A DNA stretch of 64,000 bases, from positions 16,616,001 through 16,680,000 of the forward strand of contig CM114271.1 of assembly GCA_050084515.1 (NCBI GenBank), written 5' to 3'. The notes beneath the pieces were generated by a model, which saw nothing but the letters and a program-made list of their open reading frames with translations, made no database searches and was not told the DNA's origin. The translations under genes were made by a program, and so were the position numbers. Source of the stretch: Blasia pusilla (lineage: Eukaryota). Shown here one piece after another: positions 38,000-52,245 of this stretch (the first letter of the stretch is position 1; the number at the start of each line of letters is the position of its first letter).

Positions 38000-40900
38000 G
38001 TGGCACCTAGACAAATTATGCATATAACATTTCTAAGTGCTAACGTAAGTGCTTCCTTGCATTTTTTTAAAGTCCTATAACACTTCTTGAGAGTGTGAAA
38101 AATTAGCCTTCGAAATTGAAACCCCTTCATATGGTACCCCTTCCACTTGATCAAGGACTCATACTTGTTGGCCCCACATCTTGAATATGTGTTGAAAATG
38201 AAGATTCAAATTATGCTACGCATAGGATGGTCTCAACCTCAATTTTATCTGGATGATCACCAATCAGGATCTCAAAACTTGCTTCCATTCAAAATGCATA
38301 TCATCTTTGAAGAATATCCTCAATGATGACATGTGGAAGGTCATATGGATCCTCAACTCCTCTCGTAACTTTTAATGTGTAAACATCCTAAATTAAGTGG
38401 GGCACACATGACCTTGATCGCATCATGTCTCGCCTTCTTGGCAAACATATTGAAGATAGTTCCTTCAGAAGAGCGAGATTCTTCTCACTAAACCGCATTT
38501 GTTCTCCGACTTTGAATCTCACTTGGCACCGACTTTTGTTGGTATAGTTCATAATCTCTGAATGATTCTTCACAAGATTCTTCCTTCCTTACATTTTATG
38601 TTCCAAAATTTCCAATAACAAACCATCGGCCATAGCTTTTTGTGCATGAACTAGCGTAGAACCCTCCGAAAGGTCTAAATTAAGAGACCCTTGTAGCTCA
38701 TGTCCGTATGCCAAAAGAAAGGAGATTCAAGGATTACAGTGTCATATTGAATTATACCTATACTCACCCACACTTAGCCACTTTTACTAATGTCATTAGT
38801 TAACACTTACATAGTTCCTCAAATATTGATTGAAGATCAAGTTTAATTGCTTTGTCTCATTTTTCTTTTCAGGATGGAAAGCTTTACTAACGCTTAACTT
38901 AGTCCTCAATCTTCTAAATACACAATCACATGTTTGAAAATGCAATGGTGAACTTTAGGTCTCAATCTAAAATAACTTTCCTTGGTAATCCATGAGATTG
39001 CCATCAACTATCTAATAAAAATTGAGAGATTGCCTATATCATTGCAAAATCCAAAGTTGGAATTAACCGCATTAACTTGCTAAAAAGATCAACAATTATG
39101 CATTACGGATGACATTATCTTTCCAAGGCTTGTGGAACACTAAAGTCCACATTCATAAGTATCAATGTAGTATACCAACAAATTTTGTTTGGAGTAACTT
39201 CATCCTATCTCTTAAAAGACTTGAGTGATATGTTATTAGTGTACATGAGTCTGATAAAGCCCAAAGTAGTGGCTCCACTTCCTTAAAAAACAAACCACTA
39301 TATACAATTCCTTCACATGAATCAACCATATGTGCTTAGCAACATTAAGCACTTTGGGCTTTATCAGTGGTAATCATAGAAGTTAGAGTGTGCTAACTTT
39401 GAAATAATTTCAACATGAAATCTAATAGTGCTAACTTTCAAATTGATTTAATATCAAGAATAATTTCTTGATATTGATATTTTATATCAATCATTTTTCT
39501 AAAAATGAGAGTATAAATATATGAAATGCATATTATATTTTGATTGATCTCAAAACAACTTAGCTTCAATTTTGTGATAAAGTCTCCCTTCTTGTACTAA
39601 AAAATTTGCAATTGTGTTATCACTAGTATTTGTATATACCTTGAATGGTTTGTCAAACTTCGATTGCTTTACCACAAGCTCTTGTGATTAGATCTCTTTC
39701 ACTTTGTTAAATTTTTCGTCCACTTCTTAGGATTATATAGTGTCTACAAACGTTTTAGTCAAGTCTGTAAGAAATCTCACTTTTCCCAAAAAGTTCCTCA
39801 TATATGTCCAATAGGATTGGACAAATCCAATAAACCCTCTCATTCCATTCTCCATTGAGGGAGATTTCTACTCATATGATCCAACATCCCTCTCATATCT
39901 TGACTAATTCCATTCACACTAATCATATAATCCAAGAACTTAATCTTGCTTGAATCGAATGCACTCTTTGTAATGTAGCCGTATAACATATTCTCCCTAA
40001 GTGTTGACAATATTCCCCAAATATCGAGTATGCTCCTTCAATGACTTTGAATAGGTAAATATATTATTAATGTAAATAATAAAAAACCCATCTATCTTCC
40101 TATAAATGATGGAGTTCATCACTATGATGAATATCAAATATGATATGTGCTTTTCTTGAATTTTTTGTGAAGGTAGGATTTTGGAATTAGAATAAGATAA
40201 TTGTCTTCACGAAGGAAGAGCGAAGAGGAAGTTTTCTTGAGAAGTGTATATTAATAACGAGGAAGTGGATTTGAAGATAAGACAAATGTAAGGTGAGTTG
40301 AATTTCAATGAGAAGCCGAAGAGCTTGACATGACCAAGGAATTGTCTTCTAGGAAGGCGACAAATTATTTGTTTGAACTTCAGAAGTAAGAAGAAGAAGA
40401 TTTAAGAAGACTTCATTGGTGAAGACTAAAGAAAAGCACCACAAAGACGAAGACAATTTATCTTCATAGCAAAGATTTATTAAAAGATCTTCAAAGAAGA
40501 CCAAGTAAGAGGAAGAGATACTCTTCATGAAGAATGAGACTTATTTTTAATGAAGACTATAGGAAATCCGAAGATCGTAAAATTAGAGTTAGTTGGAATA
40601 GGAAAAACACAATGGTTGGACAAGAAGATAAAAAGGGGTACAACGCTTAGAACGAACACAACGATTAGACCAATAGCTTCAGAGGGATCTTAAAAAAACC
40701 AAGATAAACCATTGATTGGACAGTTAGCAAGATTTTAAGAGACATCATGGAAAGAAGAGCCCTCTTACATCTCAAGATAGGATCTTGTTGAAAATAGTAT
40801 TTAAGAAGACTCAAAGGAGAAAAAACCATCATTGACATGACCATCTAGCGATCTTGTTGCAATGATCCGAGCTCATGAAGGAGTAGCGTTCTAAGCTTGT

Positions 40901-43900
40901 ACTTTCTTTGAAGTCCCCTTGTGTCTTTGATGGAATAGAGTATAGCCCTCTTATCCATTCTGAAGTGTAGAGGTGTTGGTCTGCATTCTATTGGATCTAC
41001 TGAATATGAGAGAGGTAGGAGTTTGGAATTATGAGAACGAAGGAATGTTCAGTGTGTATGATGTATAAAATCTATTAGACAGTAAGTAACTTGCCAAGAT
41101 GGATTGAGTTCCAATAGAAGGAAAAGCCGTCGACACATTGTGATCTCATTAAGGTTCCTTCTTGTAGATCATATTTTCCACTTTGTGGAGATATTACTCT
41201 TCTTTCATTTGAGAAGACATTTCATTGAGAAAATTAATATGCTACTTTGTGGGTATTGAAGGAGATTGTAAAATAAGTTTTGAGGGGATGAGGATAATAA
41301 ATTCAATGATTTAACCAAATTTCTTCACAAATTTATATTTCTTGGGATAAGAATGATCCTCTTGGGAAACGTATAACATATTTAACGATCAAAATATTGA
41401 ATTCAGCAGTTATTGAGATACTACATCAAAGGTGCATGACTTAAATTGAAAGACATCACTACAAAAAGAACCAATTATTCTCCTCAACCGTAACCTCCAA
41501 AATCCAAAATTTGTAATTACGTAACTTCAAGTCAATCCTACTGAAGTACTTAGTAACTAGAAACCTACCAAATAGGTCATGCATCCTTGGAAGAGGGCAA
41601 TTATCCTTCATCATCACTTTATTGACTACAAATAGTCAACATATTGCCTCAATTTTCCATCCTCCTTCACAAAGAGAACCATTGTTCTAGAACATTACTT
41701 CTTGGTTTGGATGTACCTTCTTTCCAATATAAAGCCCTCTCCTAATTGCTTTCAATAAGTACACCTTGATTGAGTCGACATTAAGCTTTTGAAGGCAATG
41801 AAGAATATGGTTCAAAAACTTTAATATTATGATAAACTACCCTCCTTTGTGATAATTCATTCAAAAGTTCATTTGTCAAGTTGACTCAAGAATCCTCAAG
41901 TACTCTTTGAGCTGCTTTAGGGAGTATTACTTGAGCAAAGTCTTCATCCCCATGTACTTTGGTTGTAGTCTCAACTTGAAGAATTAAGCAAAGAAACCCA
42001 TCTCTAAAATTGGCTTGGGCTTGCCCTTATAATTGTATTCAAAATCAACTCCTCTTTCATCACAAACCAACCTCACTTGAAATTTCTTGCCTTTCACTAA
42101 GATGTTGGGCCTCAATCATTGCCCTAGATCCACCTCGATCACATGCGTCCAAGAATATGTTCCCCAAAACACCTTCTATTACATCCATGGTGCAAACAAT
42201 ATAACTACTTCAACTTACATGCCATCCAATCATATTCTAATCCCAAGGCCAACTCCTATTTTTGGTAGGATTTTTCTTTAAAAAAAACCCCATATGAATA
42301 GATTTCTTCACCAACCATTGACTCAAAAGGGAGTGCCAAGTACTTCTATCAATGACAAATGTAATATTACAATTAGAGACCTTTGCCGTTAAGTACACCA
42401 AACTTGGACTCCTTATGGTGATTTGAAGAAATTCCTTTAGATCGTCTAGGGACAAATGTTTGGTAGCAAACATAATCCTACACTAATTACTAACCCTTGG
42501 CTTTGAACACCTCTTAGATATATGCCTAGGCTTGCCATGAGAGTAAAAAATTACTCAAGTACCCAACCCATAGGCTTTGGGTGTGGAGCCCTTTTAGCTT
42601 CAAGTTGGGATCCATTCACTTTGCAACTAGGGCAAGGGACTCTCATATCTTGCTCATCCCCATTCTAGGCCATCTTGAATATCTCCCTGTTCTCTATAAA
42701 CTTTGAAGAACTTTTCAACTCATAGGATCTTTGGACTTGGACCTCGTTGTCATCACTCTAGCTACTCCACCAATTTCAAGAGTCGGAGGCAAGTCTTTGG
42801 TAGCTCAACCATCCGAAAGAGGACTTTTAAACACTTGACTTGAGCCCATTTTAGAAGATGATATTTTTTAGCAAACTCATCTATCTTAGGCAATGAGTTC
42901 AAATTTGCGCTCAACTCATGGACATTAATACTTAGGTATCCTACTTTTCTCAAATGTACAAACTTCACAAATCCCATCCCAAAACTCTTAGTACTCTAAA
43001 ATGAGTAAATCTCCAATCAAGACTTTGAACTTCTCCCAACTCAACAAAGACGTGATATTTGAAACATGATTCTCACAATGACTTTGTTCTCCTTCTTCAC
43101 TGTTGCACTTCAAAGTAAGGCTTGAGTTTGACGAGGAACTCCTTGACCTTATATAAATGCCACATTCTTATGGATAGAGTGGTCAATTTTGTCTTACAAA
43201 GTTCCTTGCAAGGAGTGAAGGCTCAGTCCATCTTCAACTTAACAATCCATTTACTTTATTGGGTCATTTATTTAGACATGATTTTCATAAGGTCCATCAT
43301 TTGAATATAACACACCGGATCATTTGGAGTTGGAATTGATGATCCTAATAAAGAATTGGGGTTTGAGATATTCCTATGCCATAAACTTATCGAATTGTTG
43401 GGGAGTTTAGTCTCCTTCTTTGACTTCTCGTTAGGTACCAATTCTTCTCTTTGTTTTCAACACTTGAATCAATGCTTCAGTGGCGATTTGCCATTGTTGC
43501 CATCTTCAATCCCTAGTCCGCTCAAATCCTTTCCTCATCTCTTGCATCCTTTTCCAAGAATTTAGATATCAACAACTACCTTATGTCCTCTTAAGCATCC
43601 CATCCTCGAATGCTACCTTGAGCTCACCTCAAGTGTCTAATTACCACATGCTACCTTGGAATCATGCTCACCAAAGATTGGTTCTGATATGGTATGTTGT
43701 GCACCTACTTTCTTGAATTTCAAATCTTGTGTATGTCGTAAAAACTTGTACTCAACTAGCTATGCATGCTCTTGTTATTGATCTACATTCATATTATCCA
43801 TGTTTTGGGTCAATGAGTTGTATGTCTCCTGATTTTAGGCTTTGGGTCACCCCTCAAGCTCACACATCCTAGACATGGTTAGAACCCAACCTAACCCCTC

Positions 43901-44400
43901 ACTCTCTAACATAGGAAAGTCATTCAAGACTTGGGGCATGTTTCCTTAAGATTATAAGGACGTAGAAAGGCCCTAGCATGCTTGGTTATCCTAACTACTC
44001 ATTGGATTTCAAGCGAGTCTCTAATCAAAACTCAACATATGTGGCTTGGTTCAAAGTTTAAGGTTACAGTCCACACTCATCTAACTAGACTTAGCTTCAT
44101 ATAAAAAACCCAAAACCAACCTCATACTCTATTTTGTGCCTTTGGGTCAACCCTCGTGGTTCAAGCTCTAAAATCTCTTGGAGACCCTTCTCCTTATGTG
44201 TAGTTATAGAGATCTCTAGACCATATTTCCCCAAATATCCCTCCCGAGATGATAGATGTGACCCTCAACCTAAACTATCATTTTAACAGGACCTCACACC
44301 TATTTTGGGAGCGTATATACTCGTGATTTTTTGGGGATTTTTGCTCAATTGGAATTGGCTCATATCAACAACGAATTCAACTCAAATGCATCTTGGGTCT
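38000..44400 (-). mobile_element. Highly decayed Ty3/gypsy chromovirus-like element
   Basis: Chromodomain-like LIKWKGY at ~38130-38160. Integrase, RT and protease-like fragments on the minus strand. Boundaries approximate. Confidence 0.65.
40166..41425. mobile_element. Possible solo LTR interrupting the decayed RT
   Basis: TG...CA-bounded, GAAGA-rich non-coding block between RT fragments. No clear TSD. Confidence 0.35.
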
Positions 44401-46434
44401 AGTCGCCATGACCTCAAACATGAATAAATACCAAACACTTAGAGAAAAATCCAATACTACTATATTTGATACAAATTTGCATGCATGGAGAGTCGCAATA
44501 TACTTGTATTTTACATGTAGATAGCTTATAAGTTGCAAGTATAGAATTTTCAATTTACTAAACGAATTGAGTTTTTGACTCATAGAAAGTGAGTCAATTG
44601 TAAGTCGTATAGTCACATTTTCTTGCTCTTGTAGAGCAATTGTAAATTATTTGTAAAACTTACTAGTTTTTCGTAAAATGGTAAGTGGGGCAATTATTAT
44701 ACTCACAAAATTATAAGAGTGGAAAGAGGAAAAGTATTTATGAAGCATTCACAACCTTATGTTTTTGGAGAGAATGAATTGAAAATAGACATTTGGTCCA
44801 ATGATTCAATAATTTGAACAAATAGATGGGACATTTAATTTGTGCCCCAAAATGGTGTATATAACTTTACAAATCCTTCATTTACAAAATGGTGAGTTTG
44901 TACAACTTCCAACTTATCCTAGGTTGTTAGTGTGCACCAAGTTTGCCACATGATCATCTAGACATACTTGCACACATGATTGAATGCGACCCACTCTTAT
45001 GTGGGGTTGGGTAGACAATTAGAGGGACATGTCTACAATTAGGGTAGACATGACCCTCTAATTGTGCATGTGTTGCATGGATTTTGTTATCAACACTTAG
45101 ATCCACCTTGGCCTTGACTTCCTCATCCTCCTCACGCTCGATTGTTGCTTCACTATTCACTTCCAATTGCTAAGTTGTTCTCCCAAAGCTATTGCCCACC
45201 CCCTTCACCTCAAGAAGAGGATCCACCAGTAGCATGAGGTGTGGTTTTTAGTTGGACATCCTTGCACCCCTCTCCAAGGCCCCCTCGTCATTGAAGCATG
45301 GCATATGCTACTTCCACATAAGATGGAATCAATGTTAGTTCTTGAAAGTAAAATCACACGGAATACCAAAATCAAGGTGGAAGTGAGTTGGTAATTTACC
45401 AACTCGGTCCGAAACTATGACCCAAACAACAAAGGTTTGATCGCAAGTCCTACTACCATGATGAACATAATCCATGAGTCAGGATTTTGAGTAGAAGCCA
45501 TATAGTGCCATCACAAACAAACCCCAAACAAGTGCTACACATGTTCCTGTTTGAAAATGAACATCCAAAAAGGAGGAAAGCACACAAGGCTTAAGATACT
45601 ATTGAAGGCATTTTGGAGTCCAACATGTATGTTCCATTTTGTTTGAGAGATTTTGTCCCCTTTACTCTTGATAGTGATTTTTGCAACTGCGTGGCTTTGC
45701 TTGCACTATATCACATACTCCGCGTGGAGCATATGCTCATACGTTGTGACCTCAGCAAGCACAATGTCCAAGAGATTTGAGATAAATCTCGACTTCCTTA
45801 CCTTGCCATTGGGCAATCATCACCCCAAGGCCTACCATGACCTCCACTGAAAGGACATTGCCGAGTCTATTGGGCCTCTTCCTAATCCTACCGTTCGGGA
45901 CGAGCCTCCAATCTACCATTGGCACCCATATGCATATCCCCATATCCCACTTATCACACGTGAACCAAGAAAAAGAGGAATTACTATGAGGAGAGAAAAT
46001 GACAAATTCGCCGCATTTCAAGACAAAAATTGACCCAAGAGAGGGATGAAAGCCCATAAAACTACAATGTAAGAGGTAAAAAATCCAAGAGGCATAAAGA
46101 GGGGAGGGGGGAATCGTTGAATTGCTTGTACTTCGAGTCAAAAGGATCAGGCAATAGTGGATTCAAGCATCTTCTCAGTTTGTTGTGAAACAAATTTGGA
46201 CATTCCTAAATCTAACTTTGCGCCTGCACACCTGATGGGGTAAAGGGTTTCTTAGTGAAACCCATCGGATTAGGTGGCAAGATAGGATAACCCACTGCCT
46301 CTCATATGCCTTGTCTGTGTAAAGAGGGCCATTGAGTTTCAGTCCTCCTAGGTCGCCACCTAAGAGCTGCAAACCCGAGCTCAAAAAGTCAGAATCATAG
46401 ATTCTTTTCCACCTTGGCAAATCTTTACTGAACT

Positions 46435-49404
46435 TTAGAATCCAAATTTGAAACCACCCCCTTTAGAATCGGCCACTGTATCCCAGAAGGAAGTCTTCCG
46501 CTGTGTGATTTGTTCTCTTTCCTTTGCTTTCAGACGCAAGTCTTCTATAGCACCTGGAAAACTTGTCTCATAAGCTCTCACAAACCTGTCGTATAAAGTC
46601 ACCCGATCTGTCGTTCCTGACACCAAATCCTTGGAATTTGGCTTGTTCAGAAAGTCCAACACATTGAGCAGATTACTCCTGATCACAAGAGATCCGGAGA
46701 AGTGTTATTGAAGTCGCAGATAGCACAAGACAACAGACAACTCTGATTTGAATCTCCCCCAGTTAGTAGTTGAAGTCCTGAACCGGGAGAGTACAGGAAT
46801 ACTGCTGTCTAGAAGCCCATGCAACAAACTTCTTTTCAAATGTTCAAATCATTACAATAGAAATCCCTACAAGGAGGACAGTATTCACATTGGTAATGGA
46901 TGTAATGCTCACGTGTGGTGAAGAGTTAAGAGCTGCCACTGGATCTAAGAGCATTGAAAATGAAGTATCCAGATCAGTAAGGGATAGATACATAGGCACC
47001 TGCTGACGTAGTTTTGAGTGATAGCTATGGAATCTTCCAGGTTGATGACAATGTGCCACCAGCCGTTGGGTACAAAAACCACTTCTCCTGCCCTACAGAC
47101 ACACTCCACAGGCTTCTCCTTGCGTCGTCGAGTTTCCTCATAGAAATTCATAAACCATTCTGTAATAGAAACCGGAGAAGCAACTTCTGCCCCATCTGGG
47201 CTTGGGTGAACTCCTGGAGGTATTACCTCTGGTGGGTACATGATCCATTTCTTTGCCCCTCTAACTACTGCATTCCAGGCGGATGTACTATTTGGGTCGA
47301 TATGGAAAGATGAACCTGATCTTGCTGGTCCCACAATCAGCCATCGATAATCAGGTCTACCATTTCCAAGAAGTGAAAAGAGATCTTCTCTAAAGTAGAT
47401 AGGTATGTCATAGTCCAAACCAAGTTGGGGGACCTTCTCAGCAAACTTGGAGTCAAAAATGTATAAAGGTTTCTCTTCTTCTACTAAGTCTGCATAAGCA
47501 TAGTAGTCTTTCAGTTTTAAGCTGACTGGCCCAGCTGCAAAAGCCACATCTCCTGTATGCTTCAACAAGTAATTACGGTCCCACTTTGCAATTGCTGGCC
47601 AGTGACCTAAAGCCCCGGTGATAAGAACAGGTTTGTTAGGCTCCTCGAAGTCCTTCAGAAAGTCATCTAAGGACAGGTTTGATCGGCGCTCAATGTTGTC
47701 TCGACTCAGCCATTCTTTTTTTATCTCCAAGCTTGCACAGAGCCAACTTTGAAATATGTGGTCAGAATAGAAACTTTTCACCTGCATCAAGAGCATCATA
47801 GTGACAGGAGTATGAGTATCGTGATTGAGGATGCTTAAAGGTGGCTGTGGAAGAGGCAATAAAATTATGTTTCTGACATCGGTTGAAAATACTGTAACTA
47901 ACGTAATCAATCCATTACCTTGGAAACAATGTCAACAAATCTAACGACCCGAGAGGACTGGGTTATCAAAGACCATGCAAGGTAATTCCAATAATTTTTT
48001 CTATAATCAAGCTTGAGACAGTTTTTCAGCCTTCAAACCACAACCTGTCAGATTCAAGGTACCACTGGCCAAAGTGGAGTTAAGGAAAGTCGTCAATTTC
48101 CACTAGTCATTGACAAAGACCAGATTAAGAGAGCGATCCTGTGAAACTCATGGCTACTCCATGCTCGTGAAGCAAAAACTTAGCGAAGGAAACTGTGAAC
48201 GATTTTTGAGCTACTAGAGTTCAAGCTTCATAGGAGTAGTAGGAATCGTACACTCTTAATTTCGTCCACTAAAGACTTCAAGTAAGCAATAACAACCGTT
48301 TTTTGAGCAGAAAATTCAGTTTCACTGATGCCTGACGAGCAAAAGCCTTTGCAAACACTGAATCAACTAACAATCAATCGACATCCAGAATTCCACATGG
48401 GAGGAGGTGGTGAAAGAATGATGGTGTCAGTCGGTCCGCACATAATTCTGTGCGGCCAGCTTCATGGGACCCAAACGGTGAGTACAATGGCCCCGGAGTA
48501 CACAATTACAAGGAGATCTACCGCCTCCAGTTTCTGTTGGTACAACGGCTGGTTCGATCAGTTCTGCCAACATTCCGACTGAATAATGATCAACGCTAGG
48601 CAGCAAAAAACGACTGTCGGGAGCTTCCAGAGAGTTTTAGAACTTGCCGCTCTTCCAATACCCCAGTTCAAAAGCTAATGACGCCCCAGCAGATATGGGA
48701 TCGTTGTCCTTACTTTGCCACACAAAGTGGGTGAATTAAAATTTCTGGCCGGAACAATCCTTCACCCACTTTGCCAAGAACGCTTCCACACTTGGGGTTT
48801 TGAACGTCCGAGAGACGCTATCGTCCTGATGGCCACAACAGCCTTTCATGGCCTTTCACTATGCCCTCAAGACGTTTTGATGAGAACAGAGATCTAGAGC
48901 CAATTCAAAACTTCCTGAATGACGAAAGGCGTAAATGGGGTCTCTCACCTTCAGAGGAACGTGTGGAGGCCCATTGAAATCGGGAAATCGCGTAGATATA
49001 TACGAATTTTTCCAGCGACCCCTGAAAACAAAGTCACCTCTGAATTCCTCCAGCACGAGATTTCTCCAGAGTGAATCCTGATGTACAAAGACGTATAATG
49101 CCTTGCTCACGAGCGCTAGCCTACCCAAGTCTTCCGCTGCGAGAAGTGCCAGAATATCCAACAGAATTTCGTCCGTGAGGAATCCCAGGTTGCCCAACCC
49201 CTCCTCCCTCACATTGTAAAGCGAAGATTGGTAAAGCAGATTCCCTAAAGGCTGGACACCATAGCTGTCAACTCCTCTCTGCAACCGGAACGCAGGGTCT
49301 TTGGTGGTGGCGGCAACTCGAAAATGTTTCGGAGCGACGGAGTGCACATTTTTCACCTTCTTCTTTCTTCTCTTCACATTCACTCCGACTTCATCTTCCA
49401 ACAT
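46435..49404 (-). CDS. F-box plus JmjC (JMJD6-type) protein, JMJ22-like, 3 exons
   Basis: Exons 48949-49404, 47000-47781 and 46435-46678 join in frame. F-box LTDEILLDIL; JmjC HID and WWH metal ligands. Confidence 0.9.
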
Positions 49405-50050
49405 CCTAGCTCTCTGGCCTTCGCACTTAAGTCCTCACCTCCCTTGCTGCTTCCTCACACCAACCAGCGTGAGGCAGCGCTGCTGAAGATCGACAATGAG
49501 GAAGCCAAACTACCTGGCACCACAACCCATCAACGTGAAGCAACTCTACAACCAGAGAACCAAACTACATGGCACCACACCCCATCGGTGCCAAACTTTC
49601 ATTTATGCAAACATGGATTCCTAAAACACTTTCTTCCATACAACCCCCTACACTTGAGCTCGCCTCTCTCCCCCCAAATCTTCCTCACACATCTCAATTA
49701 CTAGCCGGGAAAAACTCATGACGGTTCTGTACCACCTTCTCTTACCACAATCTACTTCTGGCAGTGTGCGATATGGGTTTACCCTCAACCCTCCCTCCCT
49801 TCATCCTCCTCCTCTCTCCCAAGTGCGAAAACGAGGGAACACAAACGAAGCACGCCACTATATCGAGGGACGATCCTTCAGATAAGAACGGAGCCTGAGG
49901 CTTGAGCTCATGGGTGGGGTTTAGGGTACAGCGAAGGAGGAGTGGAGAAGGGAGTGTAAAGTGGGCTGTCGGTGACAGTCTCAACTGGTGAGGTAGGCCT
50001 ATCTTCCTTTCGCCATATTTTTTGTTCGAGACTGAGCGCAGCACACAGCT

Positions 50051-52245
50051 ATGGCGAGCTCGGTGCTGGGAGTGGGTTATGGCTGTGCGCCTCTGTCGTC
50101 GCAGTGGGCGGTGGGAACGGTGTCCGCATCCGCATGTCATACACGTTCGTCTTCGATTTCGGTTGTCTGCAGACGCGCGAGGCCCGACTTGGAGCTGCTC
50201 AGCGCTGACACTTCGCACGCATTGCGCTCTCATTTTCTGCACGGAGGAGGTTCGAGACCATGGACATCCTGATGTGGATCTACACCAGCACCTGCATGTT
50301 TCAAGAATTGGATGGTTTGATGATGAGCCAGACTGAGTTTTAGGCTTCTGATGTTATGAGAGATCACTGTTTGACTATCCAGCTTTCATCTCTCCAGCAT
50401 TCTGAGAGAATTGCGCACGTCCTCAGAAGTAAGCTGTTTTGTTGACATGTATTTTTCGGATGATTTGCTGCTGACCTACGAAATTCGGGTCCATGAATGT
50501 GTCCTGTTCAGTGGGAAGATTGGCACTTGACGCAGCTGTGAGCACAGCGTGCAGCAAGGAAGGAGGCGAAGCTGGATCTCGTTCCCATCCGAGACGTGGA
50601 GTTAGTGCGGGCCCTTCAGCTGAGGTAGCCTTTTGGCCCCTCTCATGATAGCATGGTGCTTCGATTTGCGTTTGAATCCCAGTCCGGTCGTATAGCATTA
50701 CAGCCAATTCACTTTGCATCGCCTTGCCACAGCTTCCGGTCGACGGACGGACGAACGAACGAGGTTTTACTGTGATGTGTGCAAGCGAACTTCAGAAATG
50801 TGGGAGCAAATTCTAACAGACTCGCGAACGTGAGCGGTTGTGTTTGAATTGTAGTGCAGTCGTACAGCAATGTAGCCAACTCGCTTTGCATAGCCTTCGG
50901 CAGAGCTCCCGGTCGACGGTCGACAAACGAACGAACTAGTTTTTCTTATGACGTGAGCAAGCGAAGTACTGAAATGTGGGAGCACATTCTAACGAACTCA
51001 TGAACGTAAGCGCGAGACTAGTGTCCGATAGACCGTTGATCTCTTTGCTGGCCGTATCAGTTGCTGTCTCTCCAAGTGTTCCCACCCCGTCCACCTTCTT
51101 TTACCGTTGGTCTTCATTGTGAGACACCTGCGTACGACGAATACCATGGATTCTTCCATTCGATCTGAAGTCATACTCAATCTTGTGAGTGTGCACAGGC
51201 GCCGGGAGAGAAGGCCAGCAAAGAGTGTAGGAGCAAACTCCCACATGAGACGAATGTGGTCATAGTTGGTGCGACGGGGTACATCGGCAAGTATGTGGTG
51301 AGAGAGGTGGTGAAGAGAGGGTACAATGTGATAGCGGTCGCGAGGGAAAAGAGTGGGATTGGCGGCAAAGCTGGGAAGGATCAGACATTGCAGGAGCTGT
51401 CGGGGGCGAAAGTGTGCTTCACTGAAGTGTCGGACGCAGGGATCTTGCAGGACGCTTTGAGCGTGGCCACCCCGAAAGTGGATGTGGTTGTTTCGTGCCT
51501 GGCAAGCAGGACCGGAGGGGTGAAAGACTCATGGCTGATCGACTACCAGGCCACCAAGAACAGCATGGACGCAGGTCGAGCTCTAGGTGCTCGTCACTTC
51601 GTGCTTCTCTCTGCCATTTGCGTGCAGAAGCCCCTGCTCCAATTCCAACAGGCGAAGCTCAAATTCGAGGAGGAGCTGCGATCAATCGGCGAAGGCTTCA
51701 CCTACAGCATCGTCCGCCCCACGGCTTTCTTCAAAAGCTTGGGAGGTCAGGTGGAGTCCGTCAAGGGAGGCGGCCCCTACGTCATGTTCGGTGACGGAAC
51801 CCTCAGCGCATGTAAGCCCATCAGCGAGGCCGATTTGGCGAGCTTCATCGCCGACTGCATCAGCGACGAGGACAAAATCGACAAGATCCTACCCGTGGGA
51901 GGACCCGGGAAGGCTCTCACTCCCTTAGAACAGGGCGAGATGCTATACAAAATAGTGGGCAAGGATCCCAAGTTCATCAAGGTGCCCATTCAGATCATGG
52001 ACTTCGTCATCGGCGTTCTGGATTTCTTGGCCAAGACGTTCCCGAATCTGGAAGACTCCGCGGAGTTCGGCAAGATCGGCAGGTACTACGCCGCGGAAAG
52101 CATGCTCGTCCTCGACCCCGAGACTGGCGAGTACGATGCGGATGCCACTCCCAGCTATGGCAGCGACACCTTGGAAGACTTCTTCCGAAGGGTGGTGAGA
52201 GACGGCATGGTCGGCCAAGAGCTCGGGGATCAGGCCGTTTTCTGA
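50051..52245 (+). CDS. DVR: 3,8-divinyl (proto)chlorophyllide a 8-vinyl reductase, plastid precursor
   Basis: Rossmann [37 protein letters not shown]. Predicted phase-compatible exons 50051-50249, 50512-50624 and 51199-52245; the first two are transit-peptide-like and less certain. Confidence 0.9.
50670..51012. repeat. Two ~170-bp diverged tandem units in DVR intron 2
   Basis: gtttgaat...ctttgcat...ccggtcgacgg...gaaatgtgggagca...gaacgt occurs twice. Confidence 0.8.
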
